Shown in pieces: positions 59,551 through 64,000 of a stretch of DNA of 64,000 nt. How positions within the stretch are numbered: position 1 is the stretch's first letter; each line of letters begins with the position of its first letter. The stretch is from an uncultured Acidobacteriota bacterium. GTDB lineage: Bacteria > Acidobacteriota > Thermoanaerobaculia > Multivoradales > JAHEKO01. The stretch covers positions 288,001 to 352,000 of the forward strand of contig CAVQNG010000001.1 of the NCBI GenBank assembly GCA_963713825.1, in the 5' to 3' direction. A program made the position numbers and the translations under genes. The notes beneath the pieces were generated by a model. The model was not told where the DNA came from and searched no databases. It was given only the letters and a program-made list of their open reading frames with translations.

Positions 59551-60348
59551 ATGAAGATACTTCGAGGACTTCGGAGTTGGATCGCATGGCAGAAAGTGCC
59601 AGTCGACGATCTGTTGATCAAAAGGCCCGCCAAGGAGGCGGCGATCGCGACCACGTTCGCGGTCCTCTACGTCCTGGCCGCCGTGGTGACAGGCCTGCTA
59701 ATTCGTTGGAAACCGCTGCCTCTGCTGGGCTCAGCTAGCTTCATTTACGATTTCTGGTACTCCATCGTTTTCAAGATTCTGCTCCTTTTGACGATCCCAT
59801 TGCTCTGGTACTTCCGGCAGGGCTATGCACTCCGAGATCTGTCACCGAGTTGGAAGTTGAGTCCTAGGAGCGTTACTGTGGTCACGTTCGCCTTCTTCGC
59901 GGGGCTCGGCGTCAATCTTCTGCAGGGCAGACTGGACCTGGTCATCGAGGGGGCCGCCAACTTCTCAGCTACGGAAAGAGGGGTTCGTCTCACGGCAGGT
60001 GTGGTGCTCCCTTTCCTGATTGCAGGCTTTCCCGAGGAGTTCGTCTACAGGGGCATCCTCCAGACTCGGCTGGAAAAGGTCGGTGGGAGACTTGCTGCCA
60101 TCTCGATCTCGGTCCTGCTGTTCACGGCCTGGCATATCCCGACCCGCTATCTGCTGGCCCAGGGCGTCGAGGGGTCGGCCGGCGACCTCTCGTCTGTCGT
60201 TCTGGGCACGGGGGTACCCGTCGCGATCGTCGGTCTCGTCTTTGCGCTGCTGTGGGATCGCTATCGGAATCTACCGGCGCTGATCGCGGCTCATTGGGGA
60301 GTGGATGTGCTGCCGGCGATCATTGCCTTTCTGGGAATCGACTACTAG
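59551..60348 (+). CDS. CPBP (CAAX/Abi) family intramembrane glutamic endopeptidase
   Basis: EEFVYRG, FTAWH, AAHWGVD; about 7-8 TM helices. Confidence 0.92.
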   Translation: MKILRGLRSWIAWQKVPVDDLLIKRPAKEAAIATTFAVLYVLAAVVTGLLIRWKPLPLLGSASFIYDFWYSIVFKILLLLTIPLLWYFRQGYALRDLSPSWKLSPRSVTVVTFAFFAGLGVNLLQGRLDLVIEGAANFSATERGVRLTAGVVLPFLIAGFPEEFVYRGILQTRLEKVGGRLAAISISVLLFTAWHIPTRYLLAQGVEGSAGDLSSVVLGTGVPVAIVGLVFALLWDRYRNLPALIAAHWGVDVLPAIIAFLGIDY

Positions 60349-60352
60349 ACGG

Positions 60353-60790
60353 CTAGCCGCATGAGACGTTGTTCCAGAAGGCCTCGCCTGTATACCGACT
60401 CGCCGCCTTGGCGGTCTCGGAGGTAATACAGCAGTCCTGGATAAGGAACGTCTCACCCGGCTGGACGACTATTGAAGTCGGCAGCGACCAGTCGACCGTT
60501 TCCAGCAGGGTGTCTCCTTGAAATGCCCGAACCTTGCCTCGGAGGTTGTTGCCGCAACCGGTGCCGGTGTTGCGATAGCTCTGCGAATAGGAGCACTCGA
60601 GTCCGAGCCCGGAACAGAGGCCGATCTCGACCCCGCCATTGGCTACCACGTTGGCCGCGGTTACTTCCGAGGGTGGCTCGGTCGGGCCACCCCCACCCCC
60701 TCCAGATCCCACGCCCTCGCCGCAGGCGGACAGGACGAGCAGCAAGACAAGGGGCAAGAGCCTCATAGGCTTGATCACCAGAACTCCCAT
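60353..60790 (-). CDS. Small Cys-rich lipoprotein
   Basis: Lipobox LSAC, Gly-rich linker, six further Cys; alternative start 60766. Confidence 0.75.
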   Translation of the reverse strand: MGVLVIKPMRLLPLVLLLVLSACGEGVGSGGGGGGPTEPPSEVTAANVVANGGVEIGLCSGLGLECSYSQSYRNTGTGCGNNLRGKVRAFQGDTLLETVDWSLPTSIVVQPGETFLIQDCCITSETAKAASRYTGEAFWNNVSCG

Positions 60791-60873
60791 AAATCAGCGG
60801 CGACGATCGAGAAACCGCACCTCAAGTGTAACGCTCCAGAGGGTGCGAATCGAGAGCAGGAGCTCGCCCGCTG

Positions 60874-61164
60874 CTAGGGCTCGACGAAGGCGATCCCAGC
60901 ACGGAAGATCGGGATGGAATCGCCATCTGTGGTGCGCTTCGTTTCGGAGAGGCGACACCAGCGGACCCTACCCTGCACGGTTGCGTTGGATCTCCCGATT
61001 CCGAAGGTGAACGGTCGTTCCTCGAGGACCTTCAAGGGGCTGTGCGACTCGACGCCTGCACCGAACGCCGTGATGTCGACAATGCGGCCCGAGATGGGGC
61101 TCTTCAACGCGAATCCGATCGCCGGCTCGCGGTCGAGGCGTCGCTTCTCGGGCCGGTCGGTCAT
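60874..61164 (-). CDS. Single-domain PilZ protein
   Basis: RxxxR (RRLDR), DITAFG (DxSxxG variant), GRVRW, AGIAF. Confidence 0.85.
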   Translation of the reverse strand: MTDRPEKRRLDREPAIGFALKSPISGRIVDITAFGAGVESHSPLKVLEERPFTFGIGRSNATVQGRVRWCRLSETKRTTDGDSIPIFRAGIAFVEP

Positions 61165-61358
61165 TCTCTTCTTTCGATGAGATTCCGTGACACCTTGTCG
61201 CATGAGTCCGTCGCTTTCTCGTCGGTGCAGACGGAGGCACTTCATGGAAGAGCCGGCTGATTGCCTGTTTGTAGCAGATTGCCATTCGGCTGGACAACAC
61301 CCTCGGGGGTGGCGCGGCACCCCTCCGATCGGGCGGGAAACACATAGCGATATGGCTT

Positions 61359-62015
61359 TTAGGGGATTTGACTCGACCAGGCCGCTGTGTCACCCGACTC
61401 GAATCCGTCCTTGAACAGGATCTCTGGGCAGTCGACGACGGCACGAATCGCGAAATCGCCGCCGACCCCTAGAGCGCAGGCGTCGAACCAGAAACCAGGG
61501 GGAATGGCGTAGAGGCCGTTCTTCACTGCTTGGCAACCATCGATATCGGTGACAAGGCTCGGTCCTGTAACCGGAGGCGCCTCGAAGAAACGAAAGTCCA
61601 CGACGAGAGTCTCGCCAGTCATCACCGCAATTGGTGGAACGACCGGGTACTCGTTGAAGAAGCCGTCGTTGAGCGCGGGGGCGGGGAGCTTCGCCAACTG
61701 GGATCCGGGGGTGGGAAAGGCTCCAATTTCAGAGATGGTGATCGAGTCTCCCAGGGTTTGACCGGAACCACCAGTTACCGACATCCAGAGGACCTGGACC
61801 GCCGTGAGATTTCCTTCGCAGGTCGAGGTGAGCCAGGCCGCCGCCCTTTCGCTGGCCGCGAAGCCCGCCTGAATCGCTACATTGCTGAAATCTTCGATGG
61901 AATCGTTCTTGAGCACTGCGGCGTCGAGTCGAGCCGAGCCAGTCCACAGGCAGGCCAGGATGGCAAGAAGGGAACGTCGACCGACGCTGAGTCGGATGCC
62001 TCGTCGCTGTCTCAT
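61359..62015 (-). CDS. Secreted beta-rich protein with C-terminal DGFESGD..WS tag
   Basis: SD aaggag, signal peptide, four Cys in mature part, ends ILFKDGFESGDTAAWSSQIP. Confidence 0.82.
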   Translation of the reverse strand: MRQRRGIRLSVGRRSLLAILACLWTGSARLDAAVLKNDSIEDFSNVAIQAGFAASERAAAWLTSTCEGNLTAVQVLWMSVTGGSGQTLGDSITISEIGAFPTPGSQLAKLPAPALNDGFFNEYPVVPPIAVMTGETLVVDFRFFEAPPVTGPSLVTDIDGCQAVKNGLYAIPPGFWFDACALGVGGDFAIRAVVDCPEILFKDGFESGDTAAWSSQIP

Positions 62016-62118
62016 GAGCCAGCTGCTCCTTTTTCGGAGTCTGACTGACGAGTCTAGCCAAGGGCGAGCGCGCGCGCCGCGACATTCGTCACAGCTCTCT
62101 GAGAGCTCGGGTGCTCTG

Positions 62119-63342
62119 CTACTGGACCTCGTCGGACCAAGCCCAGGTATCGCCCCACTCGAACCCATCCGCGAGGAAGATGAAGGTGTTGACCAGCACT
62201 CCGACATCCTCGGAATCCTGATTGGCGGTGACCAGATCGTCGGACCCGTTGCCGTCGAGGTCAGCGGCGGCGAGTCCAACCGGCTTCTCTAGAACTCTAA
62301 CTAGGAGGGGCGGGTTGAAGAAGCCGGCGCCATCACCCAACAGGTTCCCCATTCGATTGGTTTCGAGGTTCGTGAGTGTTAGATCGACGGAGCCATTGAG
62401 GTCGAGGTCCTTGGCAATCAAGGCTCTGGGATTACCTGTGTCGTTGATCGGGTGGTTCTCATCGGTTCTGAAATGTTCGGGTGCGCCAAACTGGCCAGCG
62501 CCGAGATTCATGAACGTGGTAGCGAAATCTCCTGCCGGCCCCGTCGTCACCACCGCAACATCGACCTTCTGGTCACCGTCGAGGTCACCTGCTGCAACGC
62601 CCCCGCTCGGGCTCAAGTCGGTGCCAACAGCGAGACTCGAATCGAGTCCGAGGATGCCGCTGCCGTCGTTGAGGAGGATATCGACCATACCGGTGTCGCT
62701 GCTGGCGACGGCAAGGTCCAAGCTACCTTCGCCGTCGAAGTCGGACAACGCCAGTCCCCGTGGACCCGAGCCAACGGCGTATGCAACCCCAGAGGACAAC
62801 ACTCCCGTGGTGTTGAACAAGACTGAGACGTCGGAGGAACCTCGATTCGAGGTTACGATATCCACAAAGCCATTGCCGTCGATGTCTCCCGCTGCGATGT
62901 CACTTGGCAGAGTACCTCCCACTCCGGTGGTTGCTCCGAGCGACAGAACGCCACCAGTATTCGTCAGGACTTGCACGTCGTTCATCCCCGTCAGCGTGAC
63001 CACGAGATCGAGGTCCTCGTCGTTGTCGATATCGACAGCTACGACAGAATGCGGTGCACTACCTCCGGCTAGTGGGATGTCGAGGGCTGGATCGAATTGT
63101 GCGCCCGCCCTGGAGTTCATCAGAATGGCGAGTTTGTCATCACCTTGAACCGCGACCGCAATATCGGTCCATCGGTCGGCGTCGAAATCAGCGAGGGCCA
63201 CGCCGGTTGGATTGGAACCTGCTGCAAAATAGTAGGGGCTGCACCAGCGTCCGGAGCAAAGGACCGGAGTGGATTGGGCAGCTCCGCCCAGGAATGCTGC
63301 TGATGCCGTGATTCCGACTGCAAGTGCTACCGATAGCTTCAT
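62119..63342 (-). CDS. Secreted FG-GAP/VCBS seven-bladed beta-propeller with C-terminal DGFEWGD..WS tag
   Basis: Signal peptide; seven D[FIL]Dx[DNE]xxxD[ILV] Ca-binding repeats; ends IFLADGFEWGDTWAWSDEVQ. Confidence 0.9.
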   Translation of the reverse strand: MKLSVALAVGITASAAFLGGAAQSTPVLCSGRWCSPYYFAAGSNPTGVALADFDADRWTDIAVAVQGDDKLAILMNSRAGAQFDPALDIPLAGGSAPHSVVAVDIDNDEDLDLVVTLTGMNDVQVLTNTGGVLSLGATTGVGGTLPSDIAAGDIDGNGFVDIVTSNRGSSDVSVLFNTTGVLSSGVAYAVGSGPRGLALSDFDGEGSLDLAVASSDTGMVDILLNDGSGILGLDSSLAVGTDLSPSGGVAAGDLDGDQKVDVAVVTTGPAGDFATTFMNLGAGQFGAPEHFRTDENHPINDTGNPRALIAKDLDLNGSVDLTLTNLETNRMGNLLGDGAGFFNPPLLVRVLEKPVGLAAADLDGNGSDDLVTANQDSEDVGVLVNTFIFLADGFEWGDTWAWSDEVQ

Positions 63343-63508
63343 CGAGATACTCCTTCTTGGTCTGATCCTGGCGAGTTGGCTGCCTCGAGGTGATTCTGCT
63401 CGGCGAGACTACACCAGAACGACCTGTAATCGGGTGATCAGGATTTGCGAAGGTGGCTCAAGGAGGCGAGTTCCGAGATAGAATCGAGCTGGCGAAAGGA
63501 GGCTCCGA

Positions 63509-64000
63509 ATGCAACTCTCACGCCGTTGTTGGATCGTCTTGCTGGCTTTCCTGCTTGGACCCGTTCCTCTGACATTGATCTCAACCGACTCTGCGCTTGC
63601 GCAGACCGAAGAACAGGAACTGATACCCGAGTTGGAGAACGAGTGGGATACCGGTTTCGAACGTTCGGATTCCGGCAACGTTGCACAAACTGCAAGGACC
63701 GAGTACGCGGCAGGCAGTCGGAATCTGACCCAGGCTAGAAAGCTCCGGAAACGGATTGCCGAGACCGACGATCCGGAGAAGCGGGCCAAGCTCGAAGAGA
63801 AGATGGAGGCCACTTATGGGAGCGCGGCCAAGTCTTTTACCGAGGCGATCGGCTTCGCCCCGAAGATGTCGGAGGCCTATGCAGGTCTCGGTGAGACCTT
63901 GAGGGATTGGGGGAGGCTGGACCAATCGCTCGAGGTTTACGCGGCAGCTGTTCGGCGGTTCCCGGATGACCTCGAGAACTTCGAGGGCTGGGCGGAGACC
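63509..64000 (+). CDS. Exported TPR protein (3'-truncated; not in ORF track)
   Basis: SD aaggagg, ATG 63509, open to window end; signal peptide; TPR motif FTEAIGFAPKMSEAYAGLG. Confidence 0.8.
   Translation, partial: MQLSRRCWIVLLAFLLGPVPLTLISTDSALAQTEEQELIPELENEWDTGFERSDSGNVAQTARTEYAAGSRNLTQARKLRKRIAETDDPEKRAKLEEKMEATYGSAAKSFTEAIGFAPKMSEAYAGLGETLRDWGRLDQSLEVYAAAVRRFPDDLENFEGWAET

Noticed and set aside
63641-63676. EWDTGFERSDSG in the TPR protein as a fifth tag copy
   Set aside because: Spacing differs and the closing WS is missing; probably chance.
54297-64000. Intact integrative element or prophage at tRNA-Pro
   Set aside because: No integrase, phage gene or duplicated tRNA 3' end seen in the window.

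Overview
A GC-rich bacterial chromosome segment from an LPS-producing diderm; gene content and protein style suggest Acidobacteriota, probably Thermoanaerobaculia-like (inference). Bases 1-54373 are mostly core genes: lpxB-msbA-yicC-gmk-rpoZ-coaBC-udg, two glycosyltransferases, thrC, the reverse-strand rimP-nusA-infB-rbfA-nrnA-truB-rpsO-pnp cluster, degP, a sigma54 activator, pyrE, a RomR-like regulator before valS, birA-coaX, comEC, miaA-hfq, dnaE, a tRNA nucleotidyltransferase, rsmD, rex, tRNA-Leu(CAG), rnr, der, HU/IHF, MerR and tRNA-Pro(GGG). After tRNA-Pro lies a variable region of exported proteins. The best candidate for a new system is there: four unrelated secreted proteins share a ~16-aa tag, [IV][FLV]x(1-2)D[GS]FE[SW][GA]D[TL]xxWS (three C-terminal, one just after the signal peptide). 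They cluster with a c-di-GMP-I riboswitch, a PilZ protein and a CPBP intramembrane protease. Also notable: a +1 frameshift in nusA, an Hfq with degenerate distal face and rim, a sigma54 promoter on degP and several leaderless starts. No CRISPR array, rRNA, integrase or transposase was seen. All calls are by eye from motifs; no searches were run.
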